A DNA stretch of 64,000 nt. Source: an uncultured Candidatus Saccharibacteria bacterium. Its GTDB lineage: Bacteria; Patescibacteriota; Minisyncoccia; RBG-13-40-8-A. The notes beneath the pieces were generated by a model that had not been told where the DNA came from, did not search any database, and saw nothing but the letters and a program-made list of their open reading frames with translations. Location: assembly GCA_965231075.1 (NCBI GenBank), contig OZ246412.1, positions 321,587-385,586 of the forward strand, read 5' to 3'. Shown here in pieces: positions 38,005-48,433 of this stretch (position 1 is the stretch's first letter; every line of letters begins with the position of its first letter). Made by a program: the position numbers and the translations under genes.

Positions 38005-38376
38005 TTATTTTAATTTTTCATTAGCAACTAATTGATTGTAAAAATAATCAATCAAAGCATCGTGAAATTCGTCTAACAAATAAGGATTATCGAGATTTCG
38101 AGCAATATTTATCGCTTCAATTACCCCTTTGTCCATAGCCATTTGTACCAATAACTGGATCTGTCTTTCCTTGGGTTCGTCTTTTAATTTTTGGGTTGTT
38201 TGCGCGATAACTTGTTGTTGGTTTTGCGTAATTGGCTGTGCGTTAGAGATTTTTTCATTAACCGCTTCTTTTAAAATTTCTTTTTGTTTTTCCACGCTTA
38301 ATTCGCCCTCTTGATTATCCATTTGTCTTAAGGCTTCGGTTTTTTTGTTTTCAAAATTTTTAAATATTTCTTCCAT
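38005..38376 (-). CDS. hypothetical protein upstream of ATPase
   Basis: KG...AI..AR...PYLLDEFHD.L; -10 box 9 nt before ATG. Confidence 0.75.
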   Translation of the reverse strand: MEEIFKNFENKKTEALRQMDNQEGELSVEKQKEILKEAVNEKISNAQPITQNQQQVIAQTTQKLKDEPKERQIQLLVQMAMDKGVIEAINIARNLDNPYLLDEFHDALIDYFYNQLVANEKLK

Positions 38377-38417
38377 ATGTTTTTAATTATATCACAAAAA
38401 TGATACAATAAAAACAT

Positions 38418-40190
38418 ATGAAAAAATTATCACCCATTATAGCAATAGCTTGTGTTTTTTTAATGCTTGTTTTGGCGACAATCAGTCAGCAACAAGAATC
38501 GGCAATTATGGACGAAGTAGCGCACATTCCAGCTGGATATTCTTATCTCACCCAAAATGATATGCGCTTAAACCCAGAACATCCTCCGTTACTTAAAGAT
38601 CTATCTGCAATCCCCTTACTTTTTATAAACAACATTAAGTTTCCTATGGGATTGAGTGCTTGGACATCGGAAATTAATAGCCAATGGGATTTTGGTTTTA
38701 ATTTTTTATATAGGTTTGGCAACGATGCCGATAAAATCGTTTTTTGGTCCAGAATACCAATGTTGTTGTTGTTAATTCTGTTAGGATATTTTGTCTATCA
38801 ATGGACAAAAAAATTATACGGCAAGATTCCGGCATTATTCGCAATAATTTTATTCGCTTTTTCGCCAACATTTATCGCTCATGGTCGATATGTAACAACC
38901 GATGTTGGTGCGGCTTTTGCATTTTTTTTCGCCTCTTATTTTTTTATTAAGTGGTTAAGAAGTCAAACCAGCAAAAATCTATTTATTGCCGGCATTGCTT
39001 TTGGCGTTGCTCAATTAATAAAATTTTCTTTGATTTTACTAATTCCCTATTTTGGAATTTTAATTTTGATCTATGTTTATATTAAGTGGCGAGAAGATAA
39101 AAAATTCTGGAAGAACTTTATTAAATATGTTTGGAAATTTGTTTTAATTATGATTATCGGCTTTGTTCTTGTTTATCCGGTATACGCATTTCACGTCGCG
39201 GGCTATCCCGTTGAAAAACAACTTTCTGATACCAAATTTATAGCCTCTACATTTCCTCTTAAGCCCGCTGGAGATCTTGTGGTATGGATGTCTGAACAAC
39301 CAATATTGAGGCCGTATGCTCAATATACAATGGGATTGTTTATGGTATTTATTAGAGCAACCGGCGGTAACACAACTTTTTTCTTAGGCGATGTTACCAA
39401 CAAGGGATGGAAAAGCTACTTTCCGATAGTTTATGCGATTAAGGAACCGTTGGCGCTACACATTCTCACGATTATCGCTCTTTTGGTTCTAGCGGCTGGA
39501 GGGACAATAATTGCATGGAAAAAGATATTTAAATCATTTCCGCAATTTTTGAAAAACAATTTTACAGAAATTGCCATGTTAATTTTCTTAGCGATTTATT
39601 GGGGGGCCAGTCTAACCAGCAATCTCAATATCGGCGTTAGACATATCTTACCCACGTTTCCATTTGTTTACGTTCTAATTTCTGGTCAAATTAAAAAATT
39701 GTTTGAAAAAATCCACAACAAAAAAATAATTACCATCGTTTGGATATTAATTATTGGATTAACTGGTTGGTATGTTGTATCTTCGCTTTCTTCTTTCCCT
39801 TATTATTTGTCTTATTTTAACGAATTAACCGGTGGTAGTAAAAATGGATATAAATATGTTACCGACTCTAATCTTGATTGGGGTCAGGACCTGAAACGAC
39901 TTGCCAAATGGGTTGAGGAAAACAAAATCCCCAAAATTTATGTAGATTATTTTGGAGGCGGAATTCCCAATTATTATTTGTGGGATAAAGTTGAAAATTG
40001 GTCGGGAAACAACAGTCCCGAAGAAGCCAAAGGAAAATGGATAGCGGTCTCGGCAACGTTTAAGCAACAAGGCCAGGCATTGCAAACAAAAGGCTGGACA
40101 CAAAAAACTGACTTCTATTTCTGGCTTAATCAATACGAACCCGTAACGGTCATCGGTAATTCTATTTTTGTATATTATATAGATAAATAA
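38418..40190 (+). CDS. GT-C glycosyltransferase (family 39/ArnT/PMT-like)
   Basis: DEVAH..AG, NPEHPPL.K, TTD, DSNLDWGQD; many TMs. Confidence 0.85.
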   Translation: MKKLSPIIAIACVFLMLVLATISQQQESAIMDEVAHIPAGYSYLTQNDMRLNPEHPPLLKDLSAIPLLFINNIKFPMGLSAWTSEINSQWDFGFNFLYRFGNDADKIVFWSRIPMLLLLILLGYFVYQWTKKLYGKIPALFAIILFAFSPTFIAHGRYVTTDVGAAFAFFFASYFFIKWLRSQTSKNLFIAGIAFGVAQLIKFSLILLIPYFGILILIYVYIKWREDKKFWKNFIKYVWKFVLIMIIGFVLVYPVYAFHVAGYPVEKQLSDTKFIASTFPLKPAGDLVVWMSEQPILRPYAQYTMGLFMVFIRATGGNTTFFLGDVTNKGWKSYFPIVYAIKEPLALHILTIIALLVLAAGGTIIAWKKIFKSFPQFLKNNFTEIAMLIFLAIYWGASLTSNLNIGVRHILPTFPFVYVLISGQIKKLFEKIHNKKIITIVWILIIGLTGWYVVSSLSSFPYYLSYFNELTGGSKNGYKYVTDSNLDWGQDLKRLAKWVEENKIPKIYVDYFGGGIPNYYLWDKVENWSGNNSPEEAKGKWIAVSATFKQQGQALQTKGWTQKTDFYFWLNQYEPVTVIGNSIFVYYIDK

Positions 40191-40192
40191 AA

Positions 40193-40296
40193 AAATATTC
40201 TCACTGAGACAACTTCGGAAACCGACTGCAGTCGGTTGAGAATTAGTGCGCCATTGACAATTTGCAATGGCGACACGTGTCGACATGAGAATATTT
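40193..40296 (+). ncRNA. structured motif of unknown class, copy 2
   Basis: Homologous to 11478-11588 with covarying stems. Confidence 0.7.
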
Positions 40297-40298
40297 CT

Positions 40299-40907
40299 TT
40301 ATTTATAGTAAATACGATTTTCGATCCGCAAATCAATATATTGGAGACTCATTCGATCTTCAATTTTTTCATCTAGAACAACTTTTAGCGATAAAAGTTG
40401 TTTTTTAATTTCTTGTTTTAGGCCAAATAAGACATACCAGCTTTCATTGGTCACAACTCTTAATTTATTTACAGGGTAACTGTCGATATCAAAACTAACA
40501 GCACTCAAACCAATTTCTGAAGATAAATAATTTTTTATTTCTGTGATCATATTAATCGTTTCGAGATTTAAAACTTGATCATATAACTTAATTTCTTTAT
40601 CAGAGTAATCTTTAATCAATAAAACTAGTCCTCCGCTTGTTCTGGGAGCGTCTTCAAAAATAACCCCTTGTTTGTCAACGTAAAAACACTTATTTTCCTG
40701 CAAAGAATTCTCTTTGCAAAAAATTCCGATTTGTTCGTATTTTTTAATATCCTCTCTTTTTGTTTGAAAATTTAAATAGGGGATCAAAATGTAAATTAAA
40801 TACAGTGTTAATAAAATCAAAACAATCAGAAGAATTTTTTTTCTTTTTTTTCCTCTCGGCCTGCGCTGATATTGATTTAAATCGATTTTTTTTCTCTTCT
40901 TAAACAT
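40299..40907 (-). CDS. FtsQ/DivIB-like protein (short)
   Basis: Basic N-terminus, TM, C-terminal YIDLRIENRIYYK. Confidence 0.7.
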   Translation of the reverse strand: MFKKRKKIDLNQYQRRPRGKKRKKILLIVLILLTLYLIYILIPYLNFQTKREDIKKYEQIGIFCKENSLQENKCFYVDKQGVIFEDAPRTSGGLVLLIKDYSDKEIKLYDQVLNLETINMITEIKNYLSSEIGLSAVSFDIDSYPVNKLRVVTNESWYVLFGLKQEIKKQLLSLKVVLDEKIEDRMSLQYIDLRIENRIYYK

Positions 40908-42025
40908 TATTTGATTATTCTGGGAATTAATGGATTGATTCTCGACACGATCTCATAGTTTATTGTCCCGACTTTTTGCGCCACCTCTTCTGCGATAACG
41001 AACTCTTTTCCTTGCCCACCAATTAAAACTACCTCATCTTCAATCTGAACGTTATTAATGTGGGTTACATCTACAATCATCATATTCATGCAAATCCTGC
41101 CCAAGACCTTGCATCTTTTATTGCGAATTAAAACATTGCCGACTCCAGACAACTTGCGATCGTAACCATCGTAATAACCAACGGGGATCACCGCAACCTT
41201 TGATTTTTTGAATACTTTTTCCGTTAAACCATAACCGATTGCTGCCCCGGATTTGATGTTTTTTATTTGTGCAACTTTTGTTTTCCAACTTAACACCGGC
41301 TCTAAAGTCAACTTTTTGTGTTCGTTTTTTGCAGAAACAAATGTTTCTTTAGATGGCCAAAGCCCGTAAATTCCAATTCCCACTCTCACTAAATTAAAAT
41401 AGGTTTCCGGAAATAAAATTGTTGCAGCCGTACAGGCAGTATGTTTCACGGGAATTGTGGTGTTATTTCTTTCCAACAGATTTACAACTTCTTTAAATTT
41501 GTTGAGTTGTTTTTCGGCAAAGCTATAATTTGTTGTGTCCTCAATATTTGCAAAATGAGTATAAATTCCTTCGATTTCAATGCGTTGATATTTTTTAATT
41601 AATTTTACAAAATCCAAAACTTGATCTTTTTCTATACCCTGCCTTGAAGTTCCGGTTTCGATTTTTAAATGAACCCTGATCTTTTTATTGATCTTCCCCA
41701 ATTCAATAATTGTTTCTTCGTTGTAGACAACCTGTCTGAAACCGTATTTTACGACATCCTTTAATCTCGATTTTAAAGTATAACCCAATATTAAAATCGG
41801 GGAATTAATCCCCGCTTTTTTTAATCTTATCGCCTCGTTAATCGAGTCAACTCCAAGCCATGTTACGTTGCTGATTTTCAATATTTTTGCTGTTTCAATC
41901 AAACCGTGTCCGTAGGCATTCGACTTCACAACTGCCATTAAATTTACATTTCCGATTAGTTTTTGAAATTGACGAATATTATTCTTGAGAGCGTTTTTAT
42001 TTATCTCCACCCAAGTTTTGTGCAT
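40907..42025 (-). CDS. alr: alanine racemase
   Basis: AVVKSNAYGHG, HLKIETG, GYYDG, GRICM, GTINYE. Confidence 0.96.
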   Translation of the reverse strand: MHKTWVEINKNALKNNIRQFQKLIGNVNLMAVVKSNAYGHGLIETAKILKISNVTWLGVDSINEAIRLKKAGINSPILILGYTLKSRLKDVVKYGFRQVVYNEETIIELGKINKKIRVHLKIETGTSRQGIEKDQVLDFVKLIKKYQRIEIEGIYTHFANIEDTTNYSFAEKQLNKFKEVVNLLERNNTTIPVKHTACTAATILFPETYFNLVRVGIGIYGLWPSKETFVSAKNEHKKLTLEPVLSWKTKVAQIKNIKSGAAIGYGLTEKVFKKSKVAVIPVGYYDGYDRKLSGVGNVLIRNKRCKVLGRICMNMMIVDVTHINNVQIEDEVVLIGGQGKEFVIAEEVAQKVGTINYEIVSRINPLIPRIIK

Positions 42026-42028
42026 AAA

Positions 42029-43252
42029 TTAACTAATTTTTTTAATTCCAATATATTTCTGAAGAACTTTGGGAACTTTAATTGTACCGTCTTTTTGTTG
42101 ATAGTTTTCAATAATCGCAATTAATGTTCTGCCAATAGCGAAAGCTGTACCATTTAAAGTGTGCACTAAATTTAGTTTTCCCTGACTATCTTTATATTTA
42201 ATGTTTAATCTTCTGGCTTGAAAATCGGTGCAATTTGACGTTGAATGTGTTTCTCGATACTCGTTTTGTCCCGGCATCCAAGCCTCAATATCATATTTCT
42301 TGGCTGCTGGATCACCTAAATCCCCCGTACAAATATCAATCACGCGGTAAGGAACTTCTAGTTTTTGCATTAACTTTTCTTCCATCGACAAAATTAGTTC
42401 ATGAGCTTTTGCAGATTCTTCTGGCTTACAAAATATAAACATTTCAACTTTATCAAATTGATGAACTCTCAAAATTCCTTTCGTGTCTTTGCCGTAAGAA
42501 CCGGCTTCGCGCCTAAAGCAGGTTGAAAAAGCGACGTATTTTTTGGGTAAATCTTTTTCTTCGAATGTCTCGTCGGCATGAAGTGGTCCGATTGATTGTT
42601 CCGATGTCCCAGTTAAATATAAATCATCTTTATCAAAATAATAAATTTCATCTCCGCCGCGCTCAACATAACCCATCGCCTTCATCATTTCTGGCTTAAT
42701 CATTACTGGCGGGACGACCGGAATAAACCCTTCTTTTCTAGTAATATCCATTGCTAATTGTATCAACCCGAACTCCATTAGCGCTAAATCCCCCTTCAGA
42801 TAGCCAAATCTTGCCCCAGAAACCTTTCCTGCCCGCTTAACATCGATCACGTCCAGTGTTTCTGCGATTTCCATATAATCTTTCGGTTGAAACGAAAATT
42901 TTGTTTTTTTACCCACTTCTCGTAAAATTTTGTTTTCGGTTTCATCTTTGCCAACAATAACATCATCTAGTGGTGGGTTGGGTATTTTGGAAAACATTTC
43001 TTTGAATTCTTTTTCCGCTTTTTCTAATTCCGGCTCCAATTCTTTAATTTTGTTTTTTAATTCTTTAGCCCGCTCGATCTGATCTTTGCCTAATTTTTTC
43101 TGTTCAGCTCTCAATCCTTCGATTTGTTGAATTAACTCTCGTCTTTTTTTGTCTAATTCTAAAACTTCGTCAACATTAACCTTGGCGCGCTTATTTTCAC
43201 ATGCTTGTTTAATTTTTTCCGGATTTTCTCGAAGTAATTTTATATCGATCAT
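42029..43252 (-). CDS. serS: seryl-tRNA synthetase
   Basis: FRREAGSYGKDTKGILRVHQFDKVE, SNCTDFQARR, HTLNGT. Confidence 0.97.
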   Translation of the reverse strand: MIDIKLLRENPEKIKQACENKRAKVNVDEVLELDKKRRELIQQIEGLRAEQKKLGKDQIERAKELKNKIKELEPELEKAEKEFKEMFSKIPNPPLDDVIVGKDETENKILREVGKKTKFSFQPKDYMEIAETLDVIDVKRAGKVSGARFGYLKGDLALMEFGLIQLAMDITRKEGFIPVVPPVMIKPEMMKAMGYVERGGDEIYYFDKDDLYLTGTSEQSIGPLHADETFEEKDLPKKYVAFSTCFRREAGSYGKDTKGILRVHQFDKVEMFIFCKPEESAKAHELILSMEEKLMQKLEVPYRVIDICTGDLGDPAAKKYDIEAWMPGQNEYRETHSTSNCTDFQARRLNIKYKDSQGKLNLVHTLNGTAFAIGRTLIAIIENYQQKDGTIKVPKVLQKYIGIKKIS

Positions 43253-43262
43253 ATCGTTAAAA

Positions 43263-43348
43263 AATTAACCTAATTGACCTAATTAGTCTAATTAACCTAA
43301 ATTGGGATTTGATTAGAATAATTAGAGTAATTAGAAATTAGAATAATT
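43263..43348. repeat. degenerate 9-nt tandem repeats in two opposed blocks
   Basis: AATTAACCT AATTGACCT AATTAGTCT AATTAACCT ... ATTAGAATA ATTAGAGTA ATTAGAA ATTAGAATA. Confidence 0.7.
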
Positions 43349-43898
43349 ATAAATTTAATTCTGTTGCAATTCCCTTCATGGCTTTCAGACCAATTTCGAC
43401 AAATTGTTCTAATGTTAATCCTGCATCCGAACATTTATTAATTATATCTCTGTTTGCGCCTTTAGCAAATCCTTTTTCTTTAAATCTATTTAAAACATTT
43501 TCCGTTGTTACTTCAGTAATCTTTTTGCTTGGCAGAACCAAGACTGAAGCAATAATTAATCCGGTTAATGGATCTACCGGCAATAAAACTTTACCCATCA
43601 AGCTTTCTGGTTTTAATCCGTGTGCTTCGTTGTGGGTTTTTACGGCTTCGCAAATTTCTTTGTCTAGTCCCGCATCCTCTGAAATCTTTGCACCCACAAG
43701 GGAATGTTGAGATAAATCGTCTTTTGTTGTTTCGTAGTCAACGTCATGCAATAATCCTGCCAGTCCCCACCGCTCCAAATCCTCATTGAAGTGCTCCGCA
43801 AATTCTCTCATACACGCTTCAACCGCCAAACAATGTTTAACTAGGTTTTTATTTTGAACCTTTTCGTTTAATAATTTTACTGCTTCTTCTCTGGTCAT
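43347..43898 (-). CDS. HD-domain hydrolase
   Basis: KHCLAVE, GLLHDVD, H, D motifs. Confidence 0.88.
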   Translation of the reverse strand: MTREEAVKLLNEKVQNKNLVKHCLAVEACMREFAEHFNEDLERWGLAGLLHDVDYETTKDDLSQHSLVGAKISEDAGLDKEICEAVKTHNEAHGLKPESLMGKVLLPVDPLTGLIIASVLVLPSKKITEVTTENVLNRFKEKGFAKGANRDIINKCSDAGLTLEQFVEIGLKAMKGIATELNL

Positions 43899-43922
43899 AA
43901 TATACTTATTTCTTTTTACTTT

Positions 43923-44017
43923 TTAAATGGGCGAGTCCGAAAAATCGTCGGGTTGGCAGTGGGATCATTATTATAATTATAAAATATAGGCGAGATTTTT
44001 AGGACTTGCCTATTTAA
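43923..44017. repeat. ~24-bp imperfect inverted repeat with AT-rich spacer
   Basis: TTAAATGGGCGAGTCCGAAAAATC vs GATTTTTAGGACTTGCCTATTTAA. Confidence 0.6.
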
Positions 44018-45506
44018 TCTCTTTCTTTGGTCTCATTAACGGGAAAATAACGGTTTCGCGAATCGGTTTACCCTCTAAAAATGCAAACAACCTTTCAGAA
44101 ACACCAAAACCACAGGTCGGTGGCATGCCATATTCTAGGGCTTCCACAAAATCATTATCGGTCATCTGCGCTTCTTCGTCTCCACCCTCTCTTAGTTTTT
44201 GTTGGTCGTTAAATCTTCCCAGTTGATCAATTGGATCATTTAATTCCGAAAATCCCTTGCCTAGCTCTGACCCCGCCAAAATAACCTGAAATCTTTCCAC
44301 TAAGTTGTTGTCCTTTTCCATTCTTTTGGCTAACGGTTCCATGGTTACTGGCACGTTAATTAAAAATCCCGGACCAGCAATATCTTTTCGGCAATATTTC
44401 CATAAACCGTCAATTGCTCTAGTGATATTAAATCCTTTCTTGTCGTAATCAACTTTCAATTCATTCAATTTGTTTTCTATTGTTTTTAGATCAGAATTTA
44501 ATACATTGATTCCTGTCATTTTTTTTATTATCTCAATATAATCGTAGATTTCCCATTTTTTAGCAAAATCAATATTGAATCCCTTAATTTCAAATTTGGT
44601 TTTACCATAAACTTCTTTAGCAATTTTCTTATACATTTCTTCGATTAATTTCATTCCGTCATTATAATCGGCAAATGCCCAATAAAATTCCATTTGGGTA
44701 TAATCCTGTAAGTGTTCTGCGTCCATGCCTTCGTTTCTAAAAATTCTGCCAATTTCAAAAACTTTCGGATATCCCGCAACAATTAATCTTTTAAGCCATA
44801 ATTCATCAGAAATTCTTAAATAAACATCTAAATCTAAGGCGTTATGATGAGTGATAAATGGCCTGGCCTCTGCGCCACCGGTTGTGTTTTCTAAAACCGG
44901 AGTTTCAACCTCCATAAATCCTTTTTCGATTAAAAAATTTCTCATTGTTTGCCAGAATTTAAATTTTCTCACAAACATTTCTTTTATCTCTGAATTGATT
45001 AGAATATCTAAATATCTTTTTCGTAGTTTCTCTTCAGTGTCTTCAAGTCCATACCATTCACTGGGAATCGGCATTATCGATTTGGTTAAAATTCTCCAAC
45101 TCAAGACTTGAAGGGTTTGTTCGCCTTTTTGAGTTAAAAACAATTTTCCTTTTGCTTCAATAAAGTCCCCCAAATCAATGTTGTTGATAAATAAATCATA
45201 ATTTGTATCACTGATTAGATCTTTTTTGAAATAAAGCTGGATTTTGGCATAACCGTCCTCAATGTGACAAAAAGTTGAACCTCCGTGCCCTCTTAATGAA
45301 CGCACCCTACCCACCAAGGTTATTTCTTTGCCTTTTTGCACAACCCCGTTTTTGTCTGGCTTGCCAGCAAGTTTTTTAAAACCATCTATTGCTTCGGCGT
45401 TGGTGTGTGTAAATGAAACACCAGCCGTAAACGGATTCATTCCGGCTTTTTTTAGATTTTCTAATTTTTGTATCCTAACTTTTCGGATTTCTTCTAAATT
45501 GTCCAT
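44010..45506 (-). CDS. lysS: lysyl-tRNA synthetase (class II)
   Basis: GGAEARPF.THHN, FRNEG, YGMPPT.G.G..ERL. Confidence 0.97.
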   Translation of the reverse strand: MDNLEEIRKVRIQKLENLKKAGMNPFTAGVSFTHTNAEAIDGFKKLAGKPDKNGVVQKGKEITLVGRVRSLRGHGGSTFCHIEDGYAKIQLYFKKDLISDTNYDLFINNIDLGDFIEAKGKLFLTQKGEQTLQVLSWRILTKSIMPIPSEWYGLEDTEEKLRKRYLDILINSEIKEMFVRKFKFWQTMRNFLIEKGFMEVETPVLENTTGGAEARPFITHHNALDLDVYLRISDELWLKRLIVAGYPKVFEIGRIFRNEGMDAEHLQDYTQMEFYWAFADYNDGMKLIEEMYKKIAKEVYGKTKFEIKGFNIDFAKKWEIYDYIEIIKKMTGINVLNSDLKTIENKLNELKVDYDKKGFNITRAIDGLWKYCRKDIAGPGFLINVPVTMEPLAKRMEKDNNLVERFQVILAGSELGKGFSELNDPIDQLGRFNDQQKLREGGDEEAQMTDNDFVEALEYGMPPTCGFGVSERLFAFLEGKPIRETVIFPLMRPKKEIK

Positions 45507-45537
45507 GATTTTATCTTAACAGATTTCTGAAAATAAA

Positions 45538-45568
45538 AAAAGAGGGGCGCCTAAGGCGCCCCTCTTTT
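45538..45568. terminator. intrinsic terminator
   Basis: AAAAGAGGGGCGCC-TAA-GGCGCCCCTCTTTT. Confidence 0.85.
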
Positions 45569-45573
45569 TATTT

Positions 45574-47118
45574 TTATTCTTTTTTATCACCCACTGCTTT
45601 TTTGATTGCCTCGCGGACACTGGCTAGATCGATTTCCATTTTTTTCTTGACCTGTGATGGTGGGGGCATTTGTGGTTTTTTTTCTCGTTCTTTTTGTAAA
45701 CAATTCGCACAGTAAACTGGTCTTTTTCCGTCGGGAGCAAAAGCAACTTTAGTTTTCTTGCCACAATTTGCGCAAATAGTTTCGAATCTTTTCCCGCTTT
45801 TTTCCTCCTCGGGCTCGAGTCCTTCATTCCATCTCGCAATCTTTTCTTCAACAATCTTTCTCGGCACAGCATATCTTTCTCGAGAAATTTTAATTGTCGT
45901 TTCTTTATATGATTTATCAGGAACTGGAGGAATTTTGGTCGTGGAAGCACTGAAAGCGCGCGAAGCGAATCCATTAACCATTAATTTCAAATAGATATTA
46001 TAATTGGGAATATTGACTAAATCATCAATGGTAAATGCTGGCAGAAATTCTTTTTCCAAAAATTCCGCATCGTCGGCACCCACCCTGAATGTAATTATTG
46101 TTCCCACGTTTCCAAAAATTGCGTCTCTTACTTTTGTATTTCTACCCTTATCACCCATGGTTTCAAGTTGCGCAACATATTGGTGGGCAAGGATTAAACA
46201 TAATTTATATTTTCTGGCTTCTGATAATGTGGTTGCAAACGCATCAGTAGCAAAGTTTTGAAATTCATCAACATAAAGATAAAAATCCTTTCTTTCTTCT
46301 TCGGCCATATCGGCTCTTTCCATGGCTGCTAATTGTAATTTGGTAATCACTAACGCGCCCAATAACTGTGAAGCATCTTCTCCAATTTTGCCCTTGGGCA
46401 AATTAACAATCAAAATCTTTTGATTGTCCATTATCTCTCGCATATTAATCGAAGATTTGACTTGCCCGATAATATTTCGAATAAGTGGCGTAGTAATGAA
46501 TTGACCAACTTTATTTTGAATTGGTGCCACTGCTTCTTCTCTGAATTTGTCGGGATATTTGGCAAATTCATTATTCCAAAAAGATTTAACTCCTGGATCG
46601 GTAATTTTTTCTACTACCTTTTGTCGGTAATCTTTGTCAGCCAATAAACGATTAATGCCTAAAAGCGTTGCTCCGGGATATTCCAACAGCGCTAAGATTG
46701 AATTTCTTAAAATGTACTCCATTCTTGCCGACCAAACATCCGGCCAAATCTTTTTAAATACGCCCATTAATCCCGATGCAATCAGATAGCGATATTCTGA
46801 ATCCACTTTTTCCATAATATTAAAAGTTATGGGAAAATCAACATCAGCAGGATTAAAATAAATTACGTCATTTACCCTGTTTGAAGGAATATAATCCAAC
46901 ATTTTTTCAGCAAACTCACCGTGTGGATCAACAACTGCCAAACCACTTCCATTCTGAATGTCTTGAATCGCCATGTTCTTTAATAATTCTGACTTACCCA
47001 CACCAGTTTTTCCAATAATATAAGTATGCTGACGCCTGTCTTTGGTTTTAATACCAAATCTGACCTTATGATTACGAAAGCTGGTTTCACCTAGGATTGT
47101 AATATCTTGTTCACTCAT
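45574..47118 (-). CDS. CPR-type VirB4/TraG-like ATPase with C-terminal CxxC-x17-CxxC domain
   Basis: HTYIIGKTGVGKS, DPHG, YVDEFQNF, LSEARKY; CANC...RPVYCANC. Confidence 0.88.
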   Translation of the reverse strand: MSEQDITILGETSFRNHKVRFGIKTKDRRQHTYIIGKTGVGKSELLKNMAIQDIQNGSGLAVVDPHGEFAEKMLDYIPSNRVNDVIYFNPADVDFPITFNIMEKVDSEYRYLIASGLMGVFKKIWPDVWSARMEYILRNSILALLEYPGATLLGINRLLADKDYRQKVVEKITDPGVKSFWNNEFAKYPDKFREEAVAPIQNKVGQFITTPLIRNIIGQVKSSINMREIMDNQKILIVNLPKGKIGEDASQLLGALVITKLQLAAMERADMAEEERKDFYLYVDEFQNFATDAFATTLSEARKYKLCLILAHQYVAQLETMGDKGRNTKVRDAIFGNVGTIITFRVGADDAEFLEKEFLPAFTIDDLVNIPNYNIYLKLMVNGFASRAFSASTTKIPPVPDKSYKETTIKISRERYAVPRKIVEEKIARWNEGLEPEEEKSGKRFETICANCGKKTKVAFAPDGKRPVYCANCLQKEREKKPQMPPPSQVKKKMEIDLASVREAIKKAVGDKKE

Positions 47119-48386
47119 ATAATTGGAAGATCGGTTGGCGGACTACCCTTCTTCGCTCCGATCTTAGATAGTTTTTCGGCTTCAACAAATGTTCCTGGAA
47201 TATGAAAAATTGTCGCCAATTCTTCGGTATTAAAGATAAATCCTCTGGTTTTAATTTTATGTCCAGGAAAAACTCTTTTTTTAAACAATCCAACAAAAAA
47301 TCTTTTTTGACCAATTTCTCTTCTCTTTTTAAATATTTTCCCTCTGCCCGGAGTAACTTTTTTATTGGCCTTAAATCCATTTAAATTTAAAGTATTAAAT
47401 TGTCTAAAAAATCCTGCCGCAACAGTGGGCTTGTCTTTATTAAAAATTTCTTTCGGCGCCCAATACATAAATCGGATCATGGTCTTAAAACCAATTTTGG
47501 CGATGTTTTGTTCTATCGCTAAGACAATCTCCTTTTGTCCAGGTGTTAGAAATGGAGTTAGCGCTTTTACTTCTTCTTTCTTTTTTTCTCCTTCTCCGCC
47601 AAAACCAAAAAGTTCAGTTATTCCAAATCCGAGTGCGGTAAGCCAACTTTTACCTTCCTCTACAATCAATAATCCTTTTTTCTTGTCTGCTTTTACCTCT
47701 TTGCCAACTAACTTACCAACCAACTTTTCTCCTGCTTCCTTCCATTTATCATCTGCGGGATTAATGAGAATGTGTATCCCAATACTCTCTCTTGGGTCTA
47801 GACTACTCAAAAATTCAAATAGACCAGCGATTGGATCGGTTCTTTCTTCTTCCTCTTTGTCTTCGAAAAACACCGGATAAGTTCTTATAGGATAAGCATC
47901 GGGTTTGTTTAAAATCAGTTCCGTGCCCCAGGCATCAAAATCTTTGGTCGGCGTACCTGCCGGGATGTCGGAAACATAATCTTCTGCCTCAATGATTTCG
48001 ATTTGTGGATATTGTGCATATAAATGTGATTCAATTAAATTTCTGTATTTGGATTCGGTTCTGATATAAAAACGAATCTCTCCCCCGTGTCCTAAAATTT
48101 CAACACTAAACCAAGGCGGTAATGTGCCCTTTAAATATCGATCTTTTTTCTTGGGATTCTTTTCTGTGGCATGAAGACCAGCGAAAAACTGTTCCATTGC
48201 CTTGGGAGTTTTAATCACCTCGCGAGGAAATTTTATCTCTAGCATTATCCATTTTAGTCCCATTAAATACTTCTTAGTCATATAGTTAAGCCAGTATTTA
48301 TTTAAAAATAAAAAAAGAGCTACCGGTGCAATAATCCACCAAAAGCTCGAAAATATATCTTTATAGATATTTAAAATTTCCTCCAT
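47115..48386 (-). CDS. membrane partner of the ATPase, similar to N-half of 35547..37994
   Basis: Shared motifs (AMEQF, YP/LPI.TY, DP+, KI.K.GF, LN.EE+A.+FH.P); overlaps ATPase start. Confidence 0.8.
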   Translation of the reverse strand: MEEILNIYKDIFSSFWWIIAPVALFLFLNKYWLNYMTKKYLMGLKWIMLEIKFPREVIKTPKAMEQFFAGLHATEKNPKKKDRYLKGTLPPWFSVEILGHGGEIRFYIRTESKYRNLIESHLYAQYPQIEIIEAEDYVSDIPAGTPTKDFDAWGTELILNKPDAYPIRTYPVFFEDKEEEERTDPIAGLFEFLSSLDPRESIGIHILINPADDKWKEAGEKLVGKLVGKEVKADKKKGLLIVEEGKSWLTALGFGITELFGFGGEGEKKKEEVKALTPFLTPGQKEIVLAIEQNIAKIGFKTMIRFMYWAPKEIFNKDKPTVAAGFFRQFNTLNLNGFKANKKVTPGRGKIFKKRREIGQKRFFVGLFKKRVFPGHKIKTRGFIFNTEELATIFHIPGTFVEAEKLSKIGAKKGSPPTDLPII

Positions 48387-48433
48387 TTAGATTACTTACC
48401 CCAACACAAGACTAGGGTTAATTTAAAATTTAA

